A stretch of DNA of 64,000 bases. Source: Candidatus Omnitrophota bacterium (GTDB lineage Bacteria; Omnitrophota; Gorgyraeia; 1-14-0-20-64-10). Shown here one piece after another: positions 27,542 through 38,188 of the stretch (within the stretch, counting starts at the first letter, position 1; each line of letters opens with the position of its first letter). Below the pieces are notes generated by a model, which worked only from the letters and a program-made list of their open reading frames with translations, had not been told where the DNA came from and searched no databases. Position numbers and translations under genes: made by a program. The DNA is taken from the NCBI GenBank assembly GCA_023818695.1, contig JAMWCF010000001.1, forward strand, positions 83,306 to 147,305, given 5' to 3'.

Positions 27542-29331
27542 TGGCCGCGGAGCAGAAGATGAACATCGTGATTGTGGGGCATGTCGACCACGGCAAAAGC
27601 ACCCTGATCGGCCGGCTTTTGGCGGACACCCACTCGCTGCCGAAAGGAAAGCTGGAATTTGTCCGGGAAGAATGCCGACGCAACTCCAAACCGTTCGAGT
27701 ACGCTTTCCTTCTGGACGCGCTGAAGGATGAGCAGCAACAGGGGATCACCATCGATACCGCCCGGATCTTTTTCAAGAGCGCCAAGAGGCAGTACATTAT
27801 CATCGACGCTCCCGGCCACATCGAGTTCCTGAAGAACATGGTTTCCGGCGCCGCCCGGGCCGAAGCGGCCCTGCTGGTGATCGACGCCCAAGAAGGGATC
27901 CAGGAGAATTCTAAGCGGCACGGGTACCTCCTTTCGATGCTGGGGATCCGCCAGGTGGCTGTCTGCGTCAACAAGATGGACTTGGCGGGATACCGGCGGG
28001 AGGTCTTCGAGAAGATCGAAAAATCGTACAGCGCTTTCCTGGAGGAGATCGGTATGAAGGCGAAAAGCTTCATCCCGGTGGCGGCCCGCGAAGGTGAGAA
28101 CCTGACCGGACGTTCCGCCCGGATGCCCTGGTTCCGGGGATCATCGGTCCTGGAGGTGCTGGATTCTTTCGAAATGGCGCCGACCATCGAAAACAAGCCG
28201 TTTCGGATGCCGGTCCAGGGGGTCTACAAGTTCACCGAGATGGAGGATACCCGCCGGATCGTTGCGGGACGGGTGGAGTCCGGGACCATTTCGGTGGGCG
28301 ACGAGGTGGTCTTTCTGCCCTCCAACAAACGGTCGGTGATCAAGTCGATCGAGGGGTTCAACAGGCCCTCTCAAAGAACGGTGTCTGCCGGGCACTCCAC
28401 CGGATTGACCCTGACGGAGCAGATTTATGTCAACCGGGGCGACATCATGTGCAAGGCGGCCGAACCGCTGCCGAAGGTCAGCTCCTTGATGAAGGTGGAG
28501 CTTTTTTGGATGGGCAAGCGCCCGATGGTGCTCAACCGCCTGTATAAGCTGAAGATCGCCACCGCCCAGGTGCCGGTCCGGCTGAAGACGATCGAGCGGG
28601 TGATCGACGCCTCCAGCCTGCGCCAGGCCAGCAAGAAGGAGATCGTCCGGCATGAAGTGGCCCAATGCGTACTGCACACCTCCGCACCGGTGGCGTTCGA
28701 CCTGACCTCCGAGCTGGAGGCCACGGGCCGGTTTGTCATCGTGGACGAGTATGATATCGCCGGCGGCGGCATCATTCGGCAGATGCTGGACGACGACCAT
28801 GCCGATCTGCGCCGGTCGATCGCCCAGAGGGAGCAGAAATGGGATTTCAGCATTGTGGAGCCCGAAGAGCGGGTCAAGAGCTACGGCCATCGGGCGGCCC
28901 TGGTTTTGCTGACCGGCCCGGTGGGCATGGACAAGCGGACGATCGCCAAGGAGCTGGAAAAAATCCTTTTTTCCCAGGGGGCGAAGACCTATTTTCTTGG
29001 GATGGGCAACCTTCTGCGGGGGTTGAATTCCGATGTGGAGCTGCACCGACTGGAGCGGCATGAGCATGTCCGGCGGATGGGGGAAGTAGCACACCTGTTC
29101 ATGGATGCGGGCCTGATTGTGGTGGCGACCGCCAGCGGTGTGAACGACGCCGAATTGGAAGAGCTGCAGGAGGTAACCGCACGGGGGACCGTTCTGATCG
29201 TGAATGTCGGGAAGAACAATTTCAAACGGGCGGTGATCGACCTCGATCTGGATCCCAAACTTCCTGCCGGCAAAAACGCCGAGAAGGTTTTCCAGCTTCT
29301 ATCCGAGAGGAAAATTCTCTTTGCCAGGTAA
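27538..29331 (+). CDS. cysN: sulfate adenylyltransferase subunit 1 (GTPase) fused to an APS-kinase-like C-terminal domain with degenerate catalytic motifs
   Basis: [20 protein letters not shown] and NKMD are GTPase motifs. The C-terminal ~170 aa align to CysC, but the P-loop reads GPVGMDKRT and LDGDN reads LGMGN. Confidence 0.85.
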   Translation: MMAAEQKMNIVIVGHVDHGKSTLIGRLLADTHSLPKGKLEFVREECRRNSKPFEYAFLLDALKDEQQQGITIDTARIFFKSAKRQYIIIDAPGHIEFLKNMVSGAARAEAALLVIDAQEGIQENSKRHGYLLSMLGIRQVAVCVNKMDLAGYRREVFEKIEKSYSAFLEEIGMKAKSFIPVAAREGENLTGRSARMPWFRGSSVLEVLDSFEMAPTIENKPFRMPVQGVYKFTEMEDTRRIVAGRVESGTISVGDEVVFLPSNKRSVIKSIEGFNRPSQRTVSAGHSTGLTLTEQIYVNRGDIMCKAAEPLPKVSSLMKVELFWMGKRPMVLNRLYKLKIATAQVPVRLKTIERVIDASSLRQASKKEIVRHEVAQCVLHTSAPVAFDLTSELEATGRFVIVDEYDIAGGGIIRQMLDDDHADLRRSIAQREQKWDFSIVEPEERVKSYGHRAALVLLTGPVGMDKRTIAKELEKILFSQGAKTYFLGMGNLLRGLNSDVELHRLERHEHVRRMGEVAHLFMDAGLIVVATASGVNDAELEELQEVTARGTVLIVNVGKNNFKRAVIDLDLDPKLPAGKNAEKVFQLLSERKILFAR

Positions 29332-29352
29332 CCGGCCGAGCTCGTCGCTTCC

Positions 29353-29892
29353 ATGAAGTTCACCCACTTTGCCATTCCGGGCCCGATTCTGGTTGAGCCG
29401 CAGGTGCACGAGGATCCCCGGGGCGCCTTCTGGGAGTGGTACAGGAAGGATCTCTACGCCGCCAATGGAATCCGGGAGGAGTTTGTCCAGGATAACGAGA
29501 GTTTTTCGGTCAAGGGGGTCCTGCGCGGGCTCCATTGGCAGGTGGAGCCGAAGGCCCAGGCGAAACTGATCCGGGTGGTGCGGGGGGAGATTTTTGACGC
29601 GGCGGTGGATGTCCGTCCCGGCTCCTCCAGTTTCGGCCGGTGGATCGGTCAGCGATTGACCGCCGCCAGCAGGCAGCTTCTGTACCTGCCGCCGGGATTT
29701 GCCCACGGTTTCCTGGTTCTGTCGGATGAGGCGGATGTGCTGTACAAGGTCTCGGCCCTTTACGATCCGGCGCTGGAACAGGGGCTTTTGTGGAACGACC
29801 CGGAGGTAGGGATCCGGTGGCCCGATGTCGGAATGGCGTATCTCGTTTCCGAAAAGGATAAGAAGAACCCGCCCCTCAAAAAGTTTCGATGA
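29353..29892 (+). CDS. rfbC: dTDP-4-dehydrorhamnose 3,5-epimerase
   Basis: EPQVHEDPRGAFWEWY, RGLHWQ, KLIRVVRGEIFDAAVDVR, PPGFAHGF. Confidence 0.9.
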   Translation: MKFTHFAIPGPILVEPQVHEDPRGAFWEWYRKDLYAANGIREEFVQDNESFSVKGVLRGLHWQVEPKAQAKLIRVVRGEIFDAAVDVRPGSSSFGRWIGQRLTAASRQLLYLPPGFAHGFLVLSDEADVLYKVSALYDPALEQGLLWNDPEVGIRWPDVGMAYLVSEKDKKNPPLKKFR

Positions 29893-30724
29893 GGCGGCCG
29901 GAACTCCTGCCGGCCGCGTAAAGGCAGGGCAATGTGCTGCTCCAGGCAAGGCGGCCTAAACGGTCGACGCCGATCGCCCCGAGTTTCCTTTTTCTCTCCA
30001 TCAATTCCTTGAAAACGGCTGCAAACGCTTTGGACAGGGCGGTCCGGTCCGCGGTTTTTTGCGCGATCCTGACGGCGACCGCCTCATCCACGATATCCTC
30101 TCCCAGGCCGGTGCAGGAGATGGCGGCCAGTTCGGTGGCGTAGTTGCCGGCGGGCAGGGCGCTGTCGCTGACCCGCCCGGCCGAGGAAGCCATTTTCCCG
30201 CCGGTGGAGGTTGCGGCGGCCAGTCGGCCCCGGCGATCCACCGCCACCGCTCCGACGGTCCCGTGGGGTTGTCTGAGTTTCTCGCGCAGCATTCGAAGTC
30301 GCTCTTCCGTCACCGGGTTCCAGGGTTTGAATCCGGTCCGTCTGGCGAATCTTTCGGCGTGGATCCCGGCCAGGATCCTGTCCTCTTTTTTTAGGAGGGC
30401 GCGGGCCACCAGGACCGGGTTTCTCACCCTTTCGATGTTGATCACGCCGGCGAAGCGGCGCGTGGAGCCGTCCATCACGGAGGCGCTCATCCGGACTTTG
30501 GCGTCTTCCTGGAGGGAAGAGCCGGTCCCGGCGTTGAAAAGCGGGTCATCTTCCAGCAGGCGGACGGCGACAATCACCGCCTCCAAGGCCCCCCTTTTCA
30601 TGAGGTGGGCGAACCCTTTTCCCAAGGCCTCCTGGAGCCGCCGGCGGATAATCTGCTGGCGGTCGGGGGAGGCGTGCATGCCAGCTCCTCCATGGATAAA
30701 AAGTGCGGGGCCGCGTGTCGTCAT
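29876..30724 (-). CDS. isoaspartyl peptidase/L-asparaginase (Ntn hydrolase)
   Basis: ALFIHGGAG and HGTVGAVAVDRRGRLAAATSTGG (autocleavage Thr). Start taken at ATG 30724 (MTTRGPA...). Confidence 0.85.
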   Translation of the reverse strand: MTTRGPALFIHGGAGMHASPDRQQIIRRRLQEALGKGFAHLMKRGALEAVIVAVRLLEDDPLFNAGTGSSLQEDAKVRMSASVMDGSTRRFAGVINIERVRNPVLVARALLKKEDRILAGIHAERFARRTGFKPWNPVTEERLRMLREKLRQPHGTVGAVAVDRRGRLAAATSTGGKMASSAGRVSDSALPAGNYATELAAISCTGLGEDIVDEAVAVRIAQKTADRTALSKAFAAVFKELMERKRKLGAIGVDRLGRLAWSSTLPCLYAAGRSSGRLIETF

Positions 30725-30725
30725 G

Positions 30726-31442
30726 CTAAAATCTGTTGATCCAACCGCTTGTCCGGTGGCGGGTTGCCAATGGAGCGAGCCGGCCATTGAGTTTCGGCCG
30801 CAGCTGTTCCTCGGCTTTCCAGCAGAGGCGCAGGGCTTGTTTGATTTGGCGGGCTGAAAGCGGCAGGTTGGTCAGGAAGGTCGCGTGAGGCCGGTTCCTG
30901 CGGTAGGCCGGCTGTTTGTCAGGCAGGCAGAGGTATCTTTCCACGGCGGCGATGTCGAACCGGTGGAGGAAGCTGCCGTGAAACAGGGTGTGCCGCCGGC
31001 CGCGGCGCTGCGCGTTGCCGGAAAACTTAAGGGGTCCCAGGGTCAGGTCGGTGATTCCCTGGACCCGGACCGGATCTGCGATCAGCCGCTGCAACGCCCA
31101 GCGGTGACGTTCCATGACGATCCGGTTTGTCTGTGTGATGTTTTGAAATGGCGATGGCTCCTCGGTCTTAAGGACGAGGGTGAAGTTCAGGCAGCCGGGG
31201 CCTTGTAGGACTGTCCCTCCGCCGCTGAAGCGCCGGAGGATCGGCACGTTGTCCCGCCGGCAGGCGTCGACGTGGACGTCGGATGCGAGCCGGCGGGAAT
31301 AGCCGAGGACTACGAAGGTGCCGGAAGGTTCCCAGAACCTTAAGATTTCGCCTGTCCGGCCGGCTTCGGCCGAGTCAAGCAGATATTCGTCGAGGGCCAG
31401 GTTCTCTTCCGGGGTCGGCAGGGTGAGGTCGATATAGTTCAC
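30726..31442 (-). CDS. lipoate-protein ligase / BPL-LplA-LipB family protein
   Basis: LALDEYLL, ILRFWEP..FVVLGYS, RRFSGGGTVLQGPGCLNFTLV. Divergent from the PDH operon. Confidence 0.75.
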   Translation of the reverse strand: MNYIDLTLPTPEENLALDEYLLDSAEAGRTGEILRFWEPSGTFVVLGYSRRLASDVHVDACRRDNVPILRRFSGGGTVLQGPGCLNFTLVLKTEEPSPFQNITQTNRIVMERHRWALQRLIADPVRVQGITDLTLGPLKFSGNAQRRGRRHTLFHGSFLHRFDIAAVERYLCLPDKQPAYRRNRPHATFLTNLPLSARQIKQALRLCWKAEEQLRPKLNGRLAPLATRHRTSGWINRF

Positions 31443-31456
31443 GCGGATATTATAGC

Positions 31457-34057
31457 GTGGAGGAAAGGGATCTAATGGGTTCAGAGACAGGACAATCGTT
31501 TGCTCCCGTGTCGCCCAGCTCGGGGCCGGCGTATGTTCCCTCCGTTTTGAACACCCCCTACGTGAACACTATTCCTGTCGAGCAGGAGGCCCCTTTTCCA
31601 GGGGACCAGGACATCGAGCGCAGGATCAAGAGTTATGTCCGGTGGAACGCCATGGCGATGGTCGTCAAGGCGAACCGGATTCACAACGGCATCGGCGGAC
31701 ATATCTCCACCTTCGCCTCGGCAGCAACCCTTTATGAGGTCGGGTTCAATCATTTCTTTTACGGGGGCGATGGAGACCGCCCTGCGGATCTGGTCTATTT
31801 CCAGGGACACGCATCGCCCGGCAACTACGCCAGGGCGTTTTTGGAAAGGCGGCTGGACGCCAAGCACCTGCACAACTTCCGGCAGGAGCTGGCAGAAGGC
31901 GGCGGACTCTCCTCTTATCCGCACCCGTATCTCATGCCTGATTTTTGGCAGTTCCCCTCCGTCTCCATGGGGTTGGCCCCCATCATGTCGATTTACCAGG
32001 CCCGCTTCAACCGGTATTTGAGGGCCCGCGGGTTTCTGAACGGCCCAGAGCCGAAGGTCTGGTGTTTTGCCGGCGACGGTGAGATGGATGAGCCGGAGAG
32101 TCTGGGGGCCCTCACCCTGGCTGGTCGGGAACATCTGGACAACCTGATCTGGGTGGTGAACTGCAACCTCCAGCGTCTGGATGGGCCGGTCCGGGGCAAC
32201 GGCAAGATCATCCAGGAGCTGGAGGCGGTTTTTCGCGGAGCCGGCTGGAACGTTATCAAGGTGATCTGGGGAAGAGACTGGGATCCTTTGCTGAAAGCGG
32301 ATACGCACGGCTACCTGCGAAAACGGATGGAGGAGGCGGTTGATGGCGATTATCAGAAATATTCCGTGGAGCGCGGCACCGGCTATATCCGAAAACATTT
32401 CTTCGGGAAGTACCCGCAGCTCCTGGAGATGGTCAAGCACCTGACCGACGAACAGATTCACCGGCTGGTCCGGGGAGGCCATGATCCGCGCAAGGTCTAC
32501 GCCGCCTATAAGGCGGCGGTGGAGCACCGGGGATCTCCAACTGTGGTCTTGGCCAAGACGGTCAAGGGCTATGGGCTGGGAGAGGCGGGGGAAGGCCGGA
32601 ATGTCACCCACCAGCATAAGAAGCTCAACGAGAAGGAGCTGCGGGAGTTCCGGACCCGCTTCAATATCCCCATCAACGATGAGGAGATCGTCGATACCCC
32701 CTTTTACCGCCCCCCGGCCGACAGCATCGAAACGAAGTATCTGCTGGAAAGGCGCAAGCAGCTCGGCGGATTCCTGCCTGTACGGAAGGTGAAGGTCAAA
32801 CCGCTGGAGGTGCCGGATTCTTCATTCTATGACGATTTCCGGGGCGGTTCGGAAGGGCGGGAGATGTCGACCACGATGGCGTTCGTGGCCCTGCTGACCA
32901 AACTGCTGCGCCATCCGGAGGTCGGATCCCGGATCGTGCCGATCATACCGGATGAGGCCAGGACCTTCGGGATGGACGCCCTTTTCCGGCAGGTCGGGAT
33001 CTATTCCTCCAAGGGGCAGTTGTATGACCCGGTGGACAAAGAGACCCTGCTCTTTTATCAGGAGGCAAAGGACGGTCAGATTCTGGAGGAAGGGATCACC
33101 GAGGCAGGATCGATCTGTTCCTTTATCGCCGCCGGCACGACGTACGCGACCCGGGGGATCCACATGATCCCCTTTTACATCTACTACGCGATGTTCGGGT
33201 TCCAGAGGGTTGGGGACCTCATCTGGGCGGCGGCCGACAGCAGGGCCAAGGGGTTCCTGCTGGCCGGCACGGCCGGAAGGACCACCTTGAACGGCGAGGG
33301 GCTGCAGCACCAGGACGGCCACAGCCATCTTGCCGCCGCTTCCATCCCGACTCTCATGGCCTACGACCCCGCTTTCGGGTACGAAGTGACCGAAATCATC
33401 CGGGATGGGATGAATCGGATGTACGCGCAAGGGGAGGATCTCTTCTATTATCTGACTCTTTATAATGAGAATTACGAGATGCCGGCAATGCCGGCCGGCG
33501 TCCGGGAGGGGATTCTCAAGGGGCTGTACAAGTTCCGCAAGGGGCCCTCCTCCAAGGGGGTCGTCAAAGCCCAGATCTTCGGCAGCGGGCCGATTCTGTT
33601 GGAGGCGCTGAAGGCGCAGGAGATTCTGGCCGAGAAATACGGTGTTTCGGCGGATGTCTGGAGCGCCACCAGCTACAAGCATCTGCGCAGCGACGCATTG
33701 AAGGCCAGGCGGTGGAACATGCTGCATCCCACCGCTAAACCGAAGAAGTCGTATGTCGAAACGGTCCTGGAGGAAGAAGAGGGGCCCTTCATCGCGGTTT
33801 CCGACTACATGAGACTGGTGGCCGACCAGATCGCTCCCTGGGTCCCCGGGGGGCTTTTCTCTTTGGGGACGGAGGGATTCGGCCGGTCCGACACGAGGCC
33901 CGCATTGAGGCGCTTTTTCGAAGTGGATGCCCAGATCACCGCGGTCGCCGTGCTCTACGCACTCTGCATGCGAGGGGCGGTGGACCGGAAGATCGTCGCC
34001 AAGGCGATCAAGGATCTGGATGTGGATCCGGAAAAGGTGAGCCCGGAGTTTGTTTGA
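31457..34057 (+). CDS. aceE: pyruvate dehydrogenase E1 component, homodimeric type
   Basis: ~866 aa, with GGHISTFASAATLYEVGFNHFF and GDGEMDEPES (TPP motif). Collinear with AceE. Confidence 0.92.
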   Translation: MEERDLMGSETGQSFAPVSPSSGPAYVPSVLNTPYVNTIPVEQEAPFPGDQDIERRIKSYVRWNAMAMVVKANRIHNGIGGHISTFASAATLYEVGFNHFFYGGDGDRPADLVYFQGHASPGNYARAFLERRLDAKHLHNFRQELAEGGGLSSYPHPYLMPDFWQFPSVSMGLAPIMSIYQARFNRYLRARGFLNGPEPKVWCFAGDGEMDEPESLGALTLAGREHLDNLIWVVNCNLQRLDGPVRGNGKIIQELEAVFRGAGWNVIKVIWGRDWDPLLKADTHGYLRKRMEEAVDGDYQKYSVERGTGYIRKHFFGKYPQLLEMVKHLTDEQIHRLVRGGHDPRKVYAAYKAAVEHRGSPTVVLAKTVKGYGLGEAGEGRNVTHQHKKLNEKELREFRTRFNIPINDEEIVDTPFYRPPADSIETKYLLERRKQLGGFLPVRKVKVKPLEVPDSSFYDDFRGGSEGREMSTTMAFVALLTKLLRHPEVGSRIVPIIPDEARTFGMDALFRQVGIYSSKGQLYDPVDKETLLFYQEAKDGQILEEGITEAGSICSFIAAGTTYATRGIHMIPFYIYYAMFGFQRVGDLIWAAADSRAKGFLLAGTAGRTTLNGEGLQHQDGHSHLAAASIPTLMAYDPAFGYEVTEIIRDGMNRMYAQGEDLFYYLTLYNENYEMPAMPAGVREGILKGLYKFRKGPSSKGVVKAQIFGSGPILLEALKAQEILAEKYGVSADVWSATSYKHLRSDALKARRWNMLHPTAKPKKSYVETVLEEEEGPFIAVSDYMRLVADQIAPWVPGGLFSLGTEGFGRSDTRPALRRFFEVDAQITAVAVLYALCMRGAVDRKIVAKAIKDLDVDPEKVSPEFV

Positions 34058-35301
34058 CGATGGACGTGCGTCTGCCTAAACTGGGGGAAGGGGCCGAGAG
34101 CGGCCAGGTCGCCGGCATTTTCGTCCGAGAGGGGGACCGGGTCGAGAAGGACCAGCCCCTCATCGAGATGGAGAATGAAAAGGCGGTGGCGCCCATCCCG
34201 TCTCCGGCGGCCGGCGTTGTCTCGAAGATCCACGTCAAGGTGGGGGATAAGATTTCGTCAGGTCAGCTCATCGTGACCCTGGAAGGAGGGGCCCCCTCCC
34301 TCGGAACCGCTGCCGCGGCGGAGAAAGCGCCTGTCCGGGTCGAACGGGCGGTCCCTCCGGCAGCGGGAGCAGGGGTCAAGAGCGCTCTTGGCCCGGCCGC
34401 CTCTCCTTCCGTCAGGAAGATGGCCAGGGAGTTCGGGATCGATCTGTCGCTGGTTCCCGGTTCGGCCCGAGGCGGCCGCGTTGTCCCGGAGGATATCAGG
34501 GCCTATCTTCAGGCGCTCCAGTCCGGCGCCGCGAGTCTGCAGGTCGCCGGCCGGGCGGTCCCTTCGGTGGAGGCGGTTGACTTTTCGAAGTGGGGACCGG
34601 TGGAACGGCAACCCTTGAGCTCATTGCGGCGGACGATTGCCAGGAAAATGTCGGAGTCCTGGACCACCATTCCGCATGTGTTTCAGTTTGATGAGGCGGA
34701 CGTCACGGCTCTCCTGGCGGCGAGGAAGAAACATGAAGTGGCATATAAAAAAGCCGGGGCCGTGCTCACGTTGACGGTCATCCTCCTGAAAATCGTCGCC
34801 AATCTTCTGAAGAAACATCCGAAATTCAACGTGAGCTTGGATGAAGCGAAGCAGGAGATCGTGGCGAAAAAGTACATCCATATCAGCGTGGCGGTGGATA
34901 CCGACGCCGGGCTGATGGCCCCTGTGATCCGGGACGTCGATAAGAAAGCTTACGTGGATCTCGCGAAGGAGCTGGCGGAGATGGCCGAAAAGGCGCGCAC
35001 GCGCACCATCACGGCCGGCGACCTGCAGGGGGGGACCTTCGCGATCTCCAACCAGGGAGGGATCGGCGGCGGGCATTTCACCCCCATCATCAAGAAGCCG
35101 GAATCGGCGATTTTGGGGGTCGGCCGCGGGAAGCTGCGGCCGGTGATCATCAACGGAGCGGTCGAGCCGCGCATGGTGATGCCGCTGTGCCTTTCGTACG
35201 ACCATCGCGTTGCCGACGGGGCCGACGCCGCCCGGTGCATCCGGGATCTGGTGGCAGCGATCGAGCATTTCAGCGAGGGGGAATTGGCACTCAAGAAATA
35301 G
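34054..35301 (+). CDS. aceF: dihydrolipoamide acetyltransferase (E2) of the pyruvate dehydrogenase complex
   Basis: N-terminal lipoyl domain (...IEMENEKAVAPIPSP), an E3-binding segment (SPSVRKMAREFGIDL), and a catalytic domain with LSYDHRVADGA. Confidence 0.9.
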   Translation: MTMDVRLPKLGEGAESGQVAGIFVREGDRVEKDQPLIEMENEKAVAPIPSPAAGVVSKIHVKVGDKISSGQLIVTLEGGAPSLGTAAAAEKAPVRVERAVPPAAGAGVKSALGPAASPSVRKMAREFGIDLSLVPGSARGGRVVPEDIRAYLQALQSGAASLQVAGRAVPSVEAVDFSKWGPVERQPLSSLRRTIARKMSESWTTIPHVFQFDEADVTALLAARKKHEVAYKKAGAVLTLTVILLKIVANLLKKHPKFNVSLDEAKQEIVAKKYIHISVAVDTDAGLMAPVIRDVDKKAYVDLAKELAEMAEKARTRTITAGDLQGGTFAISNQGGIGGGHFTPIIKKPESAILGVGRGKLRPVIINGAVEPRMVMPLCLSYDHRVADGADAARCIRDLVAAIEHFSEGELALKK

Positions 35302-35321
35302 GAGGCGTGGAAAGGTTTCGT

Positions 35322-36758
35322 ATGGATCCGATTCAGACGGAGATGGTGGTGGTGGGAGCGGGGCCGGGTGGCTATGCCGCCGCTTTTTACGCCGCGGATA
35401 AGGGCAAAAAGGTGGTCCTGGTGGAACGGGACAGCCGCTTGGGCGGGGTCTGCCTGACCCAAGGGTGCATCCCCTCCAAGGCGCTTCTTCACGCCACGGG
35501 AACGATCCGGCAGGCGCAGGAGTCCAAGCCCAGGGGGATCTCGTTCGGTCCCCCCTTGATCGATTGCGGCCAGCTGCGGACATGGAAGGATTCCGTCATC
35601 GACAAGCTGGCGAAAGGGTTGGCCGGATTGGCGCAGAAGCGGGGAGTTCATGTTCTGCACGGTCGCGGCTATTTCGAGGATTCCCAGAACCTGCGCGTGG
35701 AGACCGCCGGCGGCCAGCAGTATCTGCGTTTCCAGAAGGCGGTCATCGCGGTCGGTTCGAAGCCGGCGATGCCATCCGCTTTCGACTTGGGCAACCGCCG
35801 GATCATGACCTCCACGGAGGCGCTGGAGATCGAGGATATTCCGGCGCATCTGCTTGTGGTGGGCGGCGGCTACATCGGTCTGGAGTTGGGGACCGTCTAC
35901 GCTACGCTGGGAAGCAAAGTGGTGCTGGTGGAGGCGCTTGGTTCCTTGCTGGCCGGCGTCGATCCGGATCTGGTCAGGCCGGTTGCCCGGTACGCGGAAA
36001 AGGCTTTTCAGGAGGTCCGGCTGAACGCTAAAGTATTGAAGATGGAAACCAGCGGCAAACAAATCAAGGTAGCCATGGAGATTAAGGGGGAAAAGAAAGA
36101 GGAGCTTTACGACAAGGTGCTCGTTTCGATCGGGCGCTCCCCCAACTGCGACAAACTGGGTCTGGAAAATACGAAGGTGACGCTGGACGGCAAGGGATTC
36201 ATCCAGGTCAACGCGAAGCAGGAAACATCCGATCCGGCCATCTGGGCGATCGGCGATGCTGTCGGAGGGGCCTTGCTGGCCCACAAGGCATCCAAGGAGG
36301 CGCGCATCGCCGTTGAAGCGATGACGGGGGAGGCCAGCACCTCGGAGGGAGTCATCGTCCCGGCCGTCGTCTTCACCGACCCGGAGGTCGCCTGGGCCGG
36401 TGTCATGGAGGCGGAGGCCAGGGAACGGGGAATCGACGTGGAGGTGACCAAATTCCCGTGGTCCGCCTCCGGGAGGGCCCTGTCCATGGACAGGACGGAT
36501 GGGTTGACGAAGCTGGTCATTGAGAAGGAAACGGAGCGGATCATCGGCGTCGGCCTGGTCGGCCACGGAGCCGGAGAGCTGATCAGCGAGGGAGTTTTGG
36601 CGATGGAGATGGGGGCCACCGCCCGGGATCTGGCGGAATCGGTACACCCCCATCCAACGCTGTCGGAGACTTTGATGGAGGCGGCTGAAATGTTTTACGG
36701 CTGCGCCACCTCCGTTTTTGACAGGAAGCGGCGCGAGAAGGAATCCGTCGGCGCGTGA
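35322..36758 (+). CDS. lpdA: dihydrolipoyl dehydrogenase (E3)
   Basis: VVVGAGPGGYAAA, GGVCLTQGCIPSK (redox disulfide), HPHPTLSE. Start at ATG 35322 with RBS ggagg. Confidence 0.92.
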   Translation: MDPIQTEMVVVGAGPGGYAAAFYAADKGKKVVLVERDSRLGGVCLTQGCIPSKALLHATGTIRQAQESKPRGISFGPPLIDCGQLRTWKDSVIDKLAKGLAGLAQKRGVHVLHGRGYFEDSQNLRVETAGGQQYLRFQKAVIAVGSKPAMPSAFDLGNRRIMTSTEALEIEDIPAHLLVVGGGYIGLELGTVYATLGSKVVLVEALGSLLAGVDPDLVRPVARYAEKAFQEVRLNAKVLKMETSGKQIKVAMEIKGEKKEELYDKVLVSIGRSPNCDKLGLENTKVTLDGKGFIQVNAKQETSDPAIWAIGDAVGGALLAHKASKEARIAVEAMTGEASTSEGVIVPAVVFTDPEVAWAGVMEAEARERGIDVEVTKFPWSASGRALSMDRTDGLTKLVIEKETERIIGVGLVGHGAGELISEGVLAMEMGATARDLAESVHPHPTLSETLMEAAEMFYGCATSVFDRKRREKESVGA

Positions 36759-37708
36759 AAAAGAGGCGCGGAGTGAGGATTCTGCTTTTTCTGGTCGCGT
36801 GGGTTGTTTCCGTCACCACGGGCGTGGCGCCGTTGTGGGCTGACGCCATTTCGTTGAAAGACGGCGCCAAGGTGATGGGAGTCATTGTTGAAGAGACGGC
36901 CGACCGCGTTGTCATCAGTACGATCGACGGGGAGAAATCGATCTTGAAACAGGAAATCCAATCGGTCGTCTACGATGATCCGGAGCAGAGCTATTACCAG
37001 CTCGGCAAAGACCTGCAGCGGGTCGGCCGCCTGCGGGAAGCGCTGGAGGCCTACCGGAAAGCGGCGCAGATTCGGCCCGATTTCCAGGCTGCCAATGAAG
37101 CCGTTTTTAACGCCGAACGGCTGCTGTGGCTCGAGGAACAGACCGGCATGGAAGCGGAGGTGGAAAGGCAGAAGTTGCTGTTGGAACAGGCCGGCCAGGA
37201 TTCGGCCGCCGCCTCCGTCACGCAGCCGCCGACCGGACGGCCGTTTCAGATGTTCGAAGAAAAATTCGGCTGTGAGATTGCCTATGAAGAGGGCCGGGTG
37301 ACGGTGAAGACCGTCGCGGCGGGAGGGCCCGCTTCCCAGTCGGGGCTCCGGGTGAAGGATATGCTGGCGGCCGTATGGAGCGATCCCATTGAGCAGCTTC
37401 CACTGGAGATGGTCATGGAGCGCTTGAACTCTTCCGCGAAGGAGATGGAACTCTCGGTTGAGCGCAGCGTCATTCTGCCGGGGTCCCCTCAGAACCAGAT
37501 CAATCTTGAGCTGGGCTATGACGGGTTGCGGATCGCCGATCTGAACCAGCGCGTTTCAGACGCGGGGTTTTTGGTCGGAGACTTGGTGGTCTCTATCGAT
37601 GGGAATCCCACTCGCTACATGCCTCTCTCCAAAGCCCAGCAGCTTGTTTCGAAATCGGGGGGTGCCATCATTGTCGTGCAGCGGGACATCACGCTGCGCA
37701 CGAAGTAG
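36755..37708 (+). CDS. secreted protein with TPR-like segment and PDZ-like domain
   Basis: Signal peptide ILLFLVAWVVSVTTGVAPLWADA, the segment RLREALEAYRKAAQIRPDF, and GRVTVKTVAAGGPASQSGLRVKDML. Confidence 0.55.
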   Translation: MKKRRGVRILLFLVAWVVSVTTGVAPLWADAISLKDGAKVMGVIVEETADRVVISTIDGEKSILKQEIQSVVYDDPEQSYYQLGKDLQRVGRLREALEAYRKAAQIRPDFQAANEAVFNAERLLWLEEQTGMEAEVERQKLLLEQAGQDSAAASVTQPPTGRPFQMFEEKFGCEIAYEEGRVTVKTVAAGGPASQSGLRVKDMLAAVWSDPIEQLPLEMVMERLNSSAKEMELSVERSVILPGSPQNQINLELGYDGLRIADLNQRVSDAGFLVGDLVVSIDGNPTRYMPLSKAQQLVSKSGGAIIVVQRDITLRTK

Positions 37709-37735
37709 GGTGCTTGGAGGTATCGAGAGGAGGTT

Positions 37736-38188
37736 TTGATGCGGGGAGTGAGACTTTTTTTGATGGTATCGGTTTTCCTCTGTTTCGCGCACGGTTTTGC
37801 CATCGTGGCATCGGTTGAACCGGCGCGGGCAGAGTTGAAGCAAAGCAGTTTCGAAGAGCCCCTCTACACCGCCAGCGTAGCGGCGAACCGGTATCATCTT
37901 TCAACCTGCGACCTTGTCAAGAAGATCTCCAAGGGCGACAGAGTGGGGTTTCAGACCCTTGAGGCGGCTGAAGAGCGGGGATTCAAGGAGTGTCCCATCT
38001 GCCGGCCCAGGGAACAGCTTGCCAGGGAGATCGCCGGGATCAAATCGGTGGGACCTTCCCGCTCGGAAAGGAAGGTCGCTACCGGAGGTACCCGCCCCCT
38101 GCCCATGAGACCCGAGCCCACTCCGCCTCCCATTCCGCAAGACATGGGCGACGACAAACCGGTCAGTACCCCCGACTTTGTGGATTGA
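37736..38188 (+). CDS. membrane/secreted protein with Ada-like zinc-binding motif
   Basis: N-terminal hydrophobic segment, then YHLSTCDLVKKI...FQTLEAAEERGFKECPICRP. Confidence 0.5.
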   Translation: MMRGVRLFLMVSVFLCFAHGFAIVASVEPARAELKQSSFEEPLYTASVAANRYHLSTCDLVKKISKGDRVGFQTLEAAEERGFKECPICRPREQLAREIAGIKSVGPSRSERKVATGGTRPLPMRPEPTPPPIPQDMGDDKPVSTPDFVD

